DNA from: a virus
DNA length: 64,000 bases
IMG/VR virus record: IMGVR_UViG_3300028048_000003
Strand: one strand, 5' to 3'
The notes beneath the pieces were generated by a model. It saw nothing but the letters and a program-made list of their open reading frames with translations. It was not told the origin of the DNA and did no database searches. Numbering within the stretch: the first letter of the stretch is position 1; each line of letters opens with the position of its first letter. Made by a program: the position numbers and the translations under genes. This document shows positions 1 to 10,467 of the stretch, one piece after another.

Positions 1-552
1 ATACAGGGACATCAGCCTATCTCTTTCTGCCTTTTTCCCATTCATATTAAAAGTAAAAGTGTGTATAGGGGTGTTCCATGTTTTTTCTCTAGCGTTGGCA
101 AGCGTTTCGAGGATATTTGTATTCCAATCGTCTGTATCTTCAATAGTTCCCCGAATAGGAAAATCAAACTCGGCAAATTCTGGAAGTCCTTGATATAGAA
201 CTTTACTTCTGTCAACCTGCAACTTGATTTCAGCGCTATAACCGACGATGGTTTTTACTTCGCGGAGCTGTTTGAACGTTATTTTTTCTGCGAATTGACA
301 CGTTTCTTTTACGCCATCATAGTTGAAATAAAACTTATCGAGAAGTCCGTGATGTCTGTCGTAGAAGTCGCGAAGGTACACGAGCATATTTTCCTTGCCA
401 TATACAACAAAAGAAAGCATCTTCCTCGCTCTCGCTCTCTTACGATTATGGACAACCATGCCGTTATAGAACTGGATTTCTTTACTTTCCCATGAGTAAA
501 TGTTATTCACTTCGCCGCGAGGGACAACATTCAATACTTCCATATCACTCAT
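1..552 (-). CDS. tail-module protein, first 184 codons only (gene runs off the left window edge)
   Basis: The minus-strand frame is open from the ATG at 552 down to base 1 (checked codon by codon, no stop). The start overlaps the stop of the upstream NlpC/P60 gene as ATGA. It lies just downstream of the tape measure. It is missing from the ORF track because it is truncated. Confidence 0.55.
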   Translation of the reverse strand, partial: MSDMEVLNVVPRGEVNNIYSWESKEIQFYNGMVVHNRKRARARKMLSFVVYGKENMLVYLRDFYDRHHGLLDKFYFNYDGVKETCQFAEKITFKQLREVKTIVGYSAEIKLQVDRSKVLYQGLPEFAEFDFPIRGTIEDTDDWNTNILETLANAREKTWNTPIHTFTFNMNGKKAERDRLMSLY

Positions 553-950
553 CGTTTATACCCCGCTTTGAATCCTTTTTGCCAGAAATCTCTATGGTAA
601 ATTGTGCTTGAGGTTTCCCCTTCGATTGTGGGAACTTGCATAGCCAAAACCTTACCATATTCAAGATAGATACCAAGGTGGGAGTCGCCGAGAACGTCAA
701 AGAGAATAATATCCCCGAATTGCAGTTTCTCGTAATCATTCTCTCTTGTGAAATGACCATTGAGATACCGCGCTAATCGGAAAGGCTCTCTCTTCTCCCA
801 GTCCTTTGTAATAGGCCGTCCATCATCAAATGTTTGCTCCCAGCCATGCTCTTTGTAAAACAAGGAACACAAACCAAGGCAGTCACATCCGTCATAGTCA
901 CGACCGTTGAATTTATGAAGAATACCAATGTATTTATCTATATTTTCCAT
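549..950 (-). CDS. NlpC/P60-family peptidase (tail-associated, lambda gpK-like position)
   Basis: 133 aa with Cys (DCLGLCS) and His (GDSHLGIY) motifs in the order and spacing of papain-like NlpC/P60 hydrolases. It follows the tape measure gene. Confidence 0.7.
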   Translation of the reverse strand: MENIDKYIGILHKFNGRDYDGCDCLGLCSLFYKEHGWEQTFDDGRPITKDWEKREPFRLARYLNGHFTRENDYEKLQFGDIILFDVLGDSHLGIYLEYGKVLAMQVPTIEGETSSTIYHRDFWQKGFKAGYKR

Positions 951-1033
951 GATACCTCCTTAACGCCAGAGCTTCTTGCGGCGTTTACTAGGCTTTTCAC
1001 CTAGGCTTTCCCTTTGTAGGAGCTTACGAAAGA

Positions 1034-4000
1034 TTATCTGAAACCGTGACGCTGTTGATTACCCATGATTCTCTGGAAAGCACGCGGATTCTTTTGGATT
1101 GCCCTCATAACGCTCGCACTGTCCGCTTGCGTATTAAGAACAACCATATTCCCAGAACCGTTATCTTTACTCCCCATAGCGGCTAACATATCGTTCTGTT
1201 GCTGCATAAGCTGTTCCAGACGTTTGTTGCTGCTTGTCTTAATCACGGTGTTATTGCGGTTGAACTTGCGGTAATTCTCCACAGTTTTAGGACTCATAAC
1301 AGGCTCATAGGACTCACCAAGGTTACCGCCGTCAGCGTATCGTTTCATGCCAGCGATAGCTTCTGGATTAGCGTTGAGCGTATCGAGGAAACCGACTCCA
1401 ACCTTATCTACCGTTGACTTCTTGATGATGTACTCACCATTGGAAGTGCGGATAAACTGTCCCCGATTAGCAAGGTATGTAAGGATGGAATCACTTGTTC
1501 CTGTTCCTGCACCCCTAATAAGACCTGTTGTGTCACCGCCAGTAGCGAAACCTTTGATAAGTCCACCGTCAGCGTGCTTTCTGAACATTGAGAACAGAGA
1601 GATAGCTATACCAGCATAGCCAGCCCAACCCATACCGCCGCCAGAAGAACTACCACCGATACCAGCCGCGCCTCCCATAGAGCTTGTAGCTCCCTGCATT
1701 TGAAGCGCTGTTGTATTTGCGGTAGTAGCGCTAGTATTGCTAATATCTGCATTGGTATTGCCTTGGACGGCGATTGTGTTCCGCTGATTAGTTGCATTGA
1801 GAAGACTCATCTGATTAGAAGAGAGGTTTGTAGCTAAAACCTGTTGTCCAGTAGCAAGAGAGTTCTTTATAGAAGCTGACTGCGTAGCGACAGTAGCCGC
1901 TTTCTGCACCGTAGCGACGGCATTAGCAACAGTAGTTCCTTTTCTGATAGCAAGAGTATTTAGGTTGAGCTTTTGACTAAGCTGTTGGAAAGCCCTATTG
2001 TAGTCTGCCTTGCCACCGAATTGGTTTGTTGCGCCGTATCGAGAGGAAGGAATCTTATCTAAGACGTTTCCGCTCCAGCCGCTCATAAACCCGCCTACTC
2101 TGCCGACATTGTGGACGAAGTTTCTCCTCTGAACTCTTCTCGTGATGTTCTCACCACTCAGAATGTCCTTGAGTCCCCATTTCTGCATTTGAACTCTGAG
2201 GATTTGACGGAGAGCCAGCTTTGCAATATCGTTCCAGAGGGATTTCCACGACTCTTTGAAAGACTTCCCTTCGAGCAGCACATCGGAGAACATGTTGTGT
2301 ACACCGTTTTCAATGATGTCAGCAAGTTCGTCCGTGACCGCGTTGAGGGATTTCTTTACATCGTCAATGGATTTCTGAACCTCTGCCAAGTCTTTCTTGT
2401 ATTGCTGTGTAGCTTCGCTGCCGTGTTCGCGGTTTTGGTCAATCCTGTCGGTAAGCTCATCTACATGCTTGGACACTTTCTGAATCTCGGCATTGAGTGT
2501 CTTATCTTCGCTTGTGAGTGTCTTGCGTTTCTCGATAAGCAAATCAAGGCGCTTCTGCTCTGCATCACGCTCTGTCTCCCAGCCGCTACGCTTCTCATAG
2601 TCGCTCGACTCTGCTTTAGACAACTGAGAATGAATCCAGTCGTATTTCTTTTGCAGGATGTCAAGTTTCTGTGCATAGAACCGCATATTCTCCATATAGG
2701 ATTCACTATCGGTCATGCCGTTTATTTTGTGCTCGTGTGCGTTGGAAAGACTTTCAAGCTGTGCGTCCAGACGTTCCGTAGGAGACATAGAGCCATAAAC
2801 CTTGCGGTCGTGCTCTGCCTTGTCCTCTGCATAGTTCGATTCGAGGGACTCAAGTTGGCTACGAGACTTGATAAGAGAGTTAATAGCTTTGGTGAAATCA
2901 CCCTTGCCCTCTTTATCAAACTTCTTCGCAATCTCTTGAATCTCAGAATCAGGAAGTGTCTTGATACCTTCAATGGACAGGTTGTTCTCACTCAGGAAGC
3001 TCTTGAAGCCGCTGAACTTATCGGAATAGTCCTTGAGGAAGTCCTCGCCATTCTGTTGGACTGCTCTCCAGTAACTAAGCGTAGTCTCGGTAGACTTGAG
3101 TTTAGCTTCTTCATTTGCGGCAATCTTTTTGTAGATTTCAGCCGTATAGCCACTCAGTTTAGCTTCGGTTTCAAGGCGTTTCTGTTCCCTCTCATAGTGC
3201 TTCTGGTCACTCTCATACCGATAAGCAGCTTCTTCGATACCGTTTCTATGGAACGCATTTTCGCCGCGATATTTCTCCCAACGGTCAACAGACTCACTTG
3301 AACTAATCGAAGGAGAACCGTATTTAACCCCGTTAGTTTTAGCAAGTTCCTTGATGTCTACGCGACCGAGGACAGCTCCGAAATACTGTTGCGCTTCTTC
3401 CATTGTGCCGTGATGGACACCGCCTCTACTGTTCCGTGCGATATATCCACCATTACCGTCATAGATACCTACATGGCCACGCCAGTTGATGATGTCACCA
3501 GCATTGAGAGGAGCTTCACCAGCGTGATATGCACTTCCTGCCTGCCCCATAAGCGTATCGCCGTTCGGACTATTGACAGATGTGATGCCGTGCTTGTTCA
3601 TCATGTAGGAAACCCAAGAAGAACATTGACTCTCCCAAGAAGAGTTATCATCGAAGCCCGCATCTATGCCGCGCCATTGTTCGCCAGCATGAGCGTCAGC
3701 TTCTTTAACCATAGCTTCGCCAATATTCTCACCAATGGTTTGTGCCGCCGTATTCCATCCAGACTCATTAGCGTATTGGTCAATAGAACGAGAATACTTG
3801 TAGCCATCTTCGTCATCTGGCCAACCATTAGCGTGTCCGACGTTATACCAATCCGTAGCTGTTTTAGCATCATCGTAGCGCATACCGTTATAAGCGTCAC
3901 CACGAATGTATGTCTTAGCTAATTTATCGATGAGGTCTGCTTCGTCACTGAAACTTTCCATATAGCCGCCGATGTTAGCGTTTGTCGTAAACTCGGTAAC

Positions 4001-7000
4001 ATTAGGAGTTTCAGACATGAATTGGCCATACATCATATTAGGAGTGATATAACGGCCTGTTGTGTCTTGGATTTCTTTCGACACCATTACCGCAAGTTTA
4101 GCAAGATACGGATTCGTGAAGGAACTGTAATCATACCCACCAGCATTGAGCCTAGAACCATCTGTCATACGATGTTCATCGTTTCGAGAATAATCCCTAG
4201 AATACTTCGTGCTGTTGTACTTCTTGTCAAATTCCTCGATGTAGTCAGGGAGAACCTTGTCTAATTGCTCATCGGAGAGGAAATTGCCATAGAGTTTCTT
4301 CCAAATCTCACCCTCAGATAACCCCTGTGAAGCAAGATTACCAAACTTTTCGAGGAGTTTATACAGAGAATCAAATGGGTCAGAACCACCTGTCATAAAC
4401 AAATCGCTGATACCAGAGAAGTTTATATTCTTAGCGTCCTTGCCATAGAGCATATTGAGAAGACTGAACAAGGAAGACTCTTTCACGCCGTACTTGGCAA
4501 AGTCACCGCGGGACATCATATCTTTAGCCGTAGCGATAGCCTGTTGCTGTTCGTCAGAGTAGTTTATGTACTCTTTCGGTTCTTTCTTGTTATGGCCATG
4601 ATTATGCTTTTGCTTGTGATTACCAAAATCGACGGAATCTTTGCCCTCGTTGTTGCGTCCCCTTGTCGGGTCAACTTGCTCTTCTTTTGGACTCTTTGTG
4701 CCATTAGCTATCTGCTCTTCAATTTTTGTGAGTTCCGCTGTTTTAGCGTCATTCTCACTTATCTCTTGCTGGAGAGCTGTAACGATACCCTCTTGTTCTT
4801 CTATTTGTTCTGCGGTTCTCTCTTGTTGGAGAGATGAGATGTCACCGTTATTCCTTAACGCCGTATCCCATGTAGTATAAGCATTTTTAGCGTATTGAAC
4901 TAAAGCGTCCTTTGTACTATTTATAGACTCTACCCATGACTCTGGAAGAATCTTCTTCATCATAGGGCTGTTAGCAGCGTTGGCAAGGACAGTCATTCCC
5001 TCTGCCGCAGCGCCACATGCTGCAAATATCACAGCTCCAAATTTTTGGTAAATCAGTCCAAGTAGACTAACCGACGAACCTTCTGCTTTCATGGCTTTAA
5101 TTCGTCTCTGTGTAGCTTCGAGCATGGCGTTCTTAGCAGCATTTTCGGAAGCAATTTCACCCTTCATAGATTCTATTTTTTGAAGCGCTTTAGCTCTATC
5201 GCTGTTAGACAGTTTCATAATCATAGAAAGGTTCATCTTACCATCTTTGAGGAATTGGTCAGAGTTGGTATGAAGAATTTCTGCTATCTGGTCGCTGATT
5301 TGCCCTTGCTCTTGCTTGATTTCATTAATTCTTTGGACGGATTCTGCGTTTTCATCATTGGCAGCAGTAAGCTGTTCGAGTTCGTCTTCAAGTTCATTGT
5401 ACTTAGTAGCAAGTTTCTCAGCCTGTTGTACGCTTTCGTCTACCTCATTGTAGGTGTCAGCCCATTGTTCAGCCTGTTCTTTAAGTGTAGCCGTCAGGTT
5501 TTCTTGCTCCTCTCGATACGCTTCATACTCTGCGGCTGCTTGACCAGCTTCTTCTGACGTTTCGAGGAGATATGTACCGATTAGTGTGAGAGCGGTAATT
5601 ACTAAACCAATAGGCCCTCCAAAACTATCGAGGACAACGTTGAATATCTTCATAGCCGTGCTGGCTCTTCCAATACCAACAGCAGACATCCTAGCGGCAT
5701 CACCAAGAGCAATTACTCTAGTCCGTGCGGTAGTCAGGTCAACTTTGTAGAGTTTTGCCATCCTATCCGCGATTTGCATCTGCCTAGAGAAAGAGAGATT
5801 AGCTCTTCGAGCAAGTTCCGTAGAGTTCTTGAACTGCTTGTTGATTCTATTTGCCCTATTTAGTTCCGTTGCATACTGCTTAGTTTGACGAATCGAGGAA
5901 ACAGTAGCAAGTGCGGCCACGTCCTTCTGAGTGCTCATAACAGGATTCAATTTACTCATAAGAGCAGCGTTGCGAGAAGCCTGATATTGAGCTTGGATAT
6001 TGGCAATAGGATTGGAAATATTGATAGAGCTACCGCCGTTTCTCCATGTAGCACTAGCCTTACCTAAGTTTCGTGCGATTTGGTTGATTAGCGGTGGCAG
6101 GAGTTTATATGCGGCAACGACTGCAAGAATACCTTTAGCGTACTTATAGGCATTTGACTCACCAGAAGAAAGACCTTTAACAAGGTTATTGAGGATATTG
6201 AGAACCCATTTCAGGTCATTGAGCAGACCGTTATTGCCATTTGACATGAAGAGCTTTGCGATGTTCGCTTTCAGAGTTTCTACCTTGCGGGCAACCGTGT
6301 CCATCTGGAGTGCTAACTGTTGATTAGTAAACCCAGCTGCATTTTTCGTAAGCTCAATGGTACGCTTTAACTCGTTGTAATTTTTCAAGAGAGCGATTGT
6401 CTTAGACGATTGCCACTTACCACCAGAGATAGCAAGCATAAAATCAGACAAGGACTTAGAATCAAGGTTTGTGTGTTGCAGTCCTTTGGAAATATCAAGA
6501 ATCAAGTCTTCAACAGGACGTAACTCTTTCTTTCCGTTTGCGCCAATCTTATAAACCTCAATACCAAATTTTTGCATAGCCTTGACAGCCTTATCAGACT
6601 GAATTGAAGCAAACAAAGATTTCAGCATTGTACCGATTTCATTACCACTCTTAGCCGTTGTACGAACACCAGTTGCGATAAGTGCATTTAAGAAACCGAA
6701 GGAGACACCAGCAGCGTCCGCGGCGGCTCCTGATTGCTTAACACCTTCTGTCAAATCCTGTGCCGACGCACCAGACGTATGAGCAAGTTTCGTCCACACA
6801 TCGAGAATATGAGTAGAACGTGCCATCAAGAGGTTGCTGTCCTCTGTCTGCATGTTGAACTGGGAAAGTGCCGACTCAAGACCAAGTACAGCGTCCTTCA
6901 TCTCAAAGTTATCTGTGGTAGCCATCTTAGCCGCTTGCGCCGTCAGGATTTCAGTATTCCTAGCACCTACGTCAGCGTCACCGCCACCTTGGCCATACAA

Positions 7001-9910
7001 ACGACCAACAGACCTCGCCGCGTCAAGGACATTATCAGCAGACTGTCCGAATTGAGCACCGATAGAAACAAACTTTGAGAACTCTCCGTTCATCGCCGCT
7101 TGTCCTTCTTCTACCTTCGGCAACACCTGTGCGATACCAGCCATAGCTAACTCGTACTTTGTTACGTCAGAAACCACATCGGACGGGAAACTGATAATAT
7201 GGTTCTCGATAGAACTACCAATCGCCCAGTTAGCAGATTCTCTTGCTCGTCTGAGGATGTTCTCTACATTGAGCGCATGACGCGGGGACTTAGCGATTTC
7301 TTCGTTAAACCGTTCTGCCTGACGATTAAGAAGCCTGAGTTCTTGCCGTGCCTTTTCAAAACCAATCTTATCGGCCGTGGAGTGTGTCTGTTGGAGTTGG
7401 AGATAAAGGTCTTGGGCGTTCTTACGCGCTTCGGAGAGCCGTCGGTTGAACGAATCGGAGATAGTGAGAGCTTCTTCCTTGTTCGCCTTGATAGGCTCTG
7501 GCTTTTTGACATTATCCCAACGTTTTACGCCCTTCAAAAGCGACTCGTCAATTCCATCAGTAGGATGACCGAGGTCTTTGAGTTTTTTTGCAATATCCTC
7601 GATACGGTGCTTTTCCGCAAGGTAGCCAGCCTGAGTATAAACGATTCCTTTTTCACCAGTATGGTCTGCGATATTACGCTTTACCTTTTCAAGAGCTTCG
7701 AGCTGCTTGATGATATTAGCTTGTCTTGTAGCTTCTTCTGCGGCAGCTTCTTTAGCTTGCTTTTCTCGCTCTTTCTGTGCCTTTACTTCTTCCTCCATCT
7801 GGCTTTTAAGGAGTGAAGAGTATTTCTTAGCGGAGATTTCTCTTTGCTTGATTTGCTCATCGAAAAGGTTAGTGACCTTCATATCACTACGCGCTTTTTC
7901 AATGTCTTTCAAGCTCATTGGCTGATTCTGTACGTTCTTTACATAGTCAGCGTACCTACCCTCAGAGAACGGATTTTTTGTAGACAGGTCACCTTTTAGT
8001 TCAGACAGGACTTTGCGAAGTGCGATAATGCGTTGACGAGCTTGTTCCCACTTACGTTCATTGAGAATAGTACCGTTGTCTCTGCTGTTCCATCCGCTGT
8101 TGACAAGTTTATCATGCTCTTTCTGAGCGGCTTCAAGTCGTTTTGCAGGTTCTTCGCCAAGTTTTTTGCTTACAGACTGTTTGAGTTCCTCGAAATGCCT
8201 ACGAAGGGTTTCAAGTGTTGTAAGGTACTTTCTAGCGTCCCTGTCAGCGCGGTTGATACCTTGAGCAAAATCACCGTTGCCGAGCTGTTGAAGAAGTGCT
8301 TCCGCCTGAGTGATTCTAGCGAGGGCGCGTCCGTACTTGCCGAGGGATTCGTCCTGCTCTGCTCCCTTTTTCAAAAGTTGTACAAGGTCATTCTGTTGCT
8401 TAGAAACATCAACCTTTGTGTCGTTGGTTTTCTTCCCGCTTGCGTAAGCCTTGCGAAGTTCTTCCTCTTTAGCGCGGATTTGCGAATCGAGGGTCTTTAC
8501 TTCTGGTTTCTCAGGGGCTTTCTTTTCTTTGGATGATTCTTTCTTCTCTGCTTCTGCCTGTGCCTTGCGTTCCGCTGCCTTTTCAACGACATCCTTACCG
8601 AATTTCTTGAGTGTATCACGAGCCGCGTTTACAACAGCAAATGCGTTGGCAATAGAGGAAAAGTCGATATGTGCCGCGTTCCACAGGTATTCATACATAG
8701 AGCGCGTATCGGCAGCAAGAGCATTGATAGCGGAAACAGGGAGAGACTTACCTACATTTTCCCATGCGCGAGAAAGGCGTTCTGTATAGTCCTTGATGTC
8801 CTCATTCGCATCCGTACTCTTGACAGGCGGTTTCTTTGCCTTGGGAGTAGTAGTTTCCTTGACGTTCAGTCTCGGCAGTTCGGGAATCTTGATGTTCTTG
8901 AAGCTCTCGTTAATCTCGCGTGCCAGCTTCTTCGTCGATTCGGCCATAGCGGCTGTCTTATCGTTGGCATTGACCAGACTTGAATTAACTTTTGTGTCAA
9001 GAACGTTAGCAATTTCCAGCCATTTCTTTTTGATACCGTCGAGAAGCCCAGTGGCTTCGGCATACTCATCCAGAATAGCCTTAACTGCCTTTTCGGAGAA
9101 ACTATTATCTGTTGTAAGAGCTTCTTTAGCGTTCTTCTTTGCCGCCGCCTTTGCCTTTGCAGCTTCTTTTTCCTTTTCCGCTTCTCTTTTCGCTTGAGCC
9201 GCCTTTGCAGCAGAAAGAAGATTATACTCACTCCTAAGAGCGCGGATTTCCTCTCTCTGTCCTTCTACGGAGAGTTCTTTGGGAAGTCCCTTGACTTTAT
9301 TAAGTCCTGAGATAAAGTTACCCAAATCCATCTTGACTAAATTATTGCCAGCGAGAGAATGTAAGTCTTTTTTGATATTAGCTAAATTTTTACTAACGAT
9401 ACCAGAATAAGTTCTTACATTGTCAGCGGCTTTCTTTAAGTCGATACCCTCAACAGATTTTGTCCTTATTTTCTCCGCTGCCGAAGCAATCTCATTGATA
9501 GCAGTTTTGATAGTCTTAGATTGTTTAAGGAACTTGTCAAGGGCATCATCATGTGCCTTTGCTGTCTCTTCTGCGGCTTTTTTTACGTCTTTTGAGGCAT
9601 TGATTTGCTCTTTAGACGCATTGACACTCTCTTGCAGTTTCTTATTCACATCGCCAATCTCTTTAGTCATGGTCGTTAAACCAAGTGATTTAGAGATTTT
9701 TTCAAGGTTCTGTGCTAGTTTAAGGGCAGAGCCACCAGTCTCATTCAAGGACGAGATGATAGACTTTCTGTATTCATCCTTGAAGTCGGTGAACTTAATG
9801 TCGTTGATGGAACTGAGCGCATCTTTTACTTTTTCGAGGTTAGTAAGAGACTTGCCAATTTCAACTTCCAAGTTATATGAGATTTTCGTAGACTTAGAAT
9901 CGTCTGGCAT
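1034..9910 (-). CDS. tape measure protein, 2958 aa, with embedded muralytic-type domains
   Basis: Single giant ORF downstream of the tail chaperone. It has long coiled-coil-like K/E/A-rich stretches, hydrophobic segments, and a Gly/Ser/Thr-rich C-terminal part. An internal CHAP/NlpC-like block (QCSSWVSY ... WRGHVGIYDG) is present. Confidence 0.85.
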   Translation of the reverse strand: MPDDSKSTKISYNLEVEIGKSLTNLEKVKDALSSINDIKFTDFKDEYRKSIISSLNETGGSALKLAQNLEKISKSLGLTTMTKEIGDVNKKLQESVNASKEQINASKDVKKAAEETAKAHDDALDKFLKQSKTIKTAINEIASAAEKIRTKSVEGIDLKKAADNVRTYSGIVSKNLANIKKDLHSLAGNNLVKMDLGNFISGLNKVKGLPKELSVEGQREEIRALRSEYNLLSAAKAAQAKREAEKEKEAAKAKAAAKKNAKEALTTDNSFSEKAVKAILDEYAEATGLLDGIKKKWLEIANVLDTKVNSSLVNANDKTAAMAESTKKLAREINESFKNIKIPELPRLNVKETTTPKAKKPPVKSTDANEDIKDYTERLSRAWENVGKSLPVSAINALAADTRSMYEYLWNAAHIDFSSIANAFAVVNAARDTLKKFGKDVVEKAAERKAQAEAEKKESSKEKKAPEKPEVKTLDSQIRAKEEELRKAYASGKKTNDTKVDVSKQQNDLVQLLKKGAEQDESLGKYGRALARITQAEALLQQLGNGDFAQGINRADRDARKYLTTLETLRRHFEELKQSVSKKLGEEPAKRLEAAQKEHDKLVNSGWNSRDNGTILNERKWEQARQRIIALRKVLSELKGDLSTKNPFSEGRYADYVKNVQNQPMSLKDIEKARSDMKVTNLFDEQIKQREISAKKYSSLLKSQMEEEVKAQKEREKQAKEAAAEEATRQANIIKQLEALEKVKRNIADHTGEKGIVYTQAGYLAEKHRIEDIAKKLKDLGHPTDGIDESLLKGVKRWDNVKKPEPIKANKEEALTISDSFNRRLSEARKNAQDLYLQLQQTHSTADKIGFEKARQELRLLNRQAERFNEEIAKSPRHALNVENILRRARESANWAIGSSIENHIISFPSDVVSDVTKYELAMAGIAQVLPKVEEGQAAMNGEFSKFVSIGAQFGQSADNVLDAARSVGRLYGQGGGDADVGARNTEILTAQAAKMATTDNFEMKDAVLGLESALSQFNMQTEDSNLLMARSTHILDVWTKLAHTSGASAQDLTEGVKQSGAAADAAGVSFGFLNALIATGVRTTAKSGNEIGTMLKSLFASIQSDKAVKAMQKFGIEVYKIGANGKKELRPVEDLILDISKGLQHTNLDSKSLSDFMLAISGGKWQSSKTIALLKNYNELKRTIELTKNAAGFTNQQLALQMDTVARKVETLKANIAKLFMSNGNNGLLNDLKWVLNILNNLVKGLSSGESNAYKYAKGILAVVAAYKLLPPLINQIARNLGKASATWRNGGSSINISNPIANIQAQYQASRNAALMSKLNPVMSTQKDVAALATVSSIRQTKQYATELNRANRINKQFKNSTELARRANLSFSRQMQIADRMAKLYKVDLTTARTRVIALGDAARMSAVGIGRASTAMKIFNVVLDSFGGPIGLVITALTLIGTYLLETSEEAGQAAAEYEAYREEQENLTATLKEQAEQWADTYNEVDESVQQAEKLATKYNELEDELEQLTAANDENAESVQRINEIKQEQGQISDQIAEILHTNSDQFLKDGKMNLSMIMKLSNSDRAKALQKIESMKGEIASENAAKNAMLEATQRRIKAMKAEGSSVSLLGLIYQKFGAVIFAACGAAAEGMTVLANAANSPMMKKILPESWVESINSTKDALVQYAKNAYTTWDTALRNNGDISSLQQERTAEQIEEQEGIVTALQQEISENDAKTAELTKIEEQIANGTKSPKEEQVDPTRGRNNEGKDSVDFGNHKQKHNHGHNKKEPKEYINYSDEQQQAIATAKDMMSRGDFAKYGVKESSLFSLLNMLYGKDAKNINFSGISDLFMTGGSDPFDSLYKLLEKFGNLASQGLSEGEIWKKLYGNFLSDEQLDKVLPDYIEEFDKKYNSTKYSRDYSRNDEHRMTDGSRLNAGGYDYSSFTNPYLAKLAVMVSKEIQDTTGRYITPNMMYGQFMSETPNVTEFTTNANIGGYMESFSDEADLIDKLAKTYIRGDAYNGMRYDDAKTATDWYNVGHANGWPDDEDGYKYSRSIDQYANESGWNTAAQTIGENIGEAMVKEADAHAGEQWRGIDAGFDDNSSWESQCSSWVSYMMNKHGITSVNSPNGDTLMGQAGSAYHAGEAPLNAGDIINWRGHVGIYDGNGGYIARNSRGGVHHGTMEEAQQYFGAVLGRVDIKELAKTNGVKYGSPSISSSESVDRWEKYRGENAFHRNGIEEAAYRYESDQKHYEREQKRLETEAKLSGYTAEIYKKIAANEEAKLKSTETTLSYWRAVQQNGEDFLKDYSDKFSGFKSFLSENNLSIEGIKTLPDSEIQEIAKKFDKEGKGDFTKAINSLIKSRSQLESLESNYAEDKAEHDRKVYGSMSPTERLDAQLESLSNAHEHKINGMTDSESYMENMRFYAQKLDILQKKYDWIHSQLSKAESSDYEKRSGWETERDAEQKRLDLLIEKRKTLTSEDKTLNAEIQKVSKHVDELTDRIDQNREHGSEATQQYKKDLAEVQKSIDDVKKSLNAVTDELADIIENGVHNMFSDVLLEGKSFKESWKSLWNDIAKLALRQILRVQMQKWGLKDILSGENITRRVQRRNFVHNVGRVGGFMSGWSGNVLDKIPSSRYGATNQFGGKADYNRAFQQLSQKLNLNTLAIRKGTTVANAVATVQKAATVATQSASIKNSLATGQQVLATNLSSNQMSLLNATNQRNTIAVQGNTNADISNTSATTANTTALQMQGATSSMGGAAGIGGSSSGGGMGWAGYAGIAISLFSMFRKHADGGLIKGFATGGDTTGLIRGAGTGTSDSILTYLANRGQFIRTSNGEYIIKKSTVDKVGVGFLDTLNANPEAIAGMKRYADGGNLGESYEPVMSPKTVENYRKFNRNNTVIKTSSNKRLEQLMQQQNDMLAAMGSKDNGSGNMVVLNTQADSASVMRAIQKNPRAFQRIMGNQQRHGFR

Positions 9911-10030
9911 ATAAATCCTCCTTCGGATTGTTCTTTTGATTAGAATATGCTATACTTGATTGGTGAATTTAATACGACAGAACGAATAAGCCTGTTGTAT
10001 ATCATAGGTACAAAATAACGAAAATGTTCC

Positions 10031-10059
10031 TTTACCCATTGGGGAATATTTGCTATAAT
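10031..10059 (+). promoter_or_regulatory. sigma70-type promoter for the antisense moron
   Basis: TTTACC (10031-10036), a 17-nt spacer that ends in the extended -10 TG (TGc, 10051-10053), then TATAAT (10054-10059). It sits about 40 nt upstream of the ORF. Confidence 0.5.
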
Positions 10060-10095
10060 GTACCCAAGTGAATTGTGTGTTTTCGGAATGGAGTG

Positions 10096-10467
10096 ATGAA
10101 GATGGATATTGTAATTCAAATTGTTGCTGGATTTTTTCAGTTTTCTTTGATGATGGCTGGAATATCGATACTATTTTCTTCGGTTTTCCCAAACGCACCA
10201 ACGCAAATTGCTGTAAACTATGCTACATTTTTTGAAGTAGTAGGTCTTTTACCAGCTTTTGTTGCTTACAAGAAAGGGCGTTCGTTTCCGCTATGGTGGT
10301 TGTATGGTACAATGACCTTTATGATTGCCATCATCCACTCCATCCTCATCAAGAAAAACGATACTGCGTTAGCGGAAGACGAGTCTCTCAAGAAATGCCC
10401 GTATTGTGCCGAGTATATCAAGAAAGAAGCCAAGGTCTGCCGTTACTGTGGGAAGGAGCTTGAGTAA
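10096..10467 (+). CDS. small membrane protein with C-terminal zinc ribbon (moron, opposite strand to the tail genes)
   Basis: Three hydrophobic helices followed by CPYC-x11-CRYC. The start is ATG 10096 or 10102; GGAG spacing favours 10102. Its stop (10465-10467) abuts the stop of the chaperone frameshift product (10468-10470). Confidence 0.65.
   Translation: MKMDIVIQIVAGFFQFSLMMAGISILFSSVFPNAPTQIAVNYATFFEVVGLLPAFVAYKKGRSFPLWWLYGTMTFMIAIIHSILIKKNDTALAEDESLKKCPYCAEYIKKEAKVCRYCGKELE

Noticed and set aside
295-495. 66-aa plus-strand ORF near the left edge.
   Set aside because: It lies antisense within the open minus-strand tail gene (1-552).
2111-3301. 396-aa plus-strand ORF inside the tape measure gene, along with many shorter antisense ORFs across 1065-9914.
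   Set aside because: It is antisense to a clearly coding 8.9-kb gene. It has no ribosome-binding site, and its composition is leucine/phenylalanine-rich and low in complexity, typical of the mirror frame of a K/E-rich gene.
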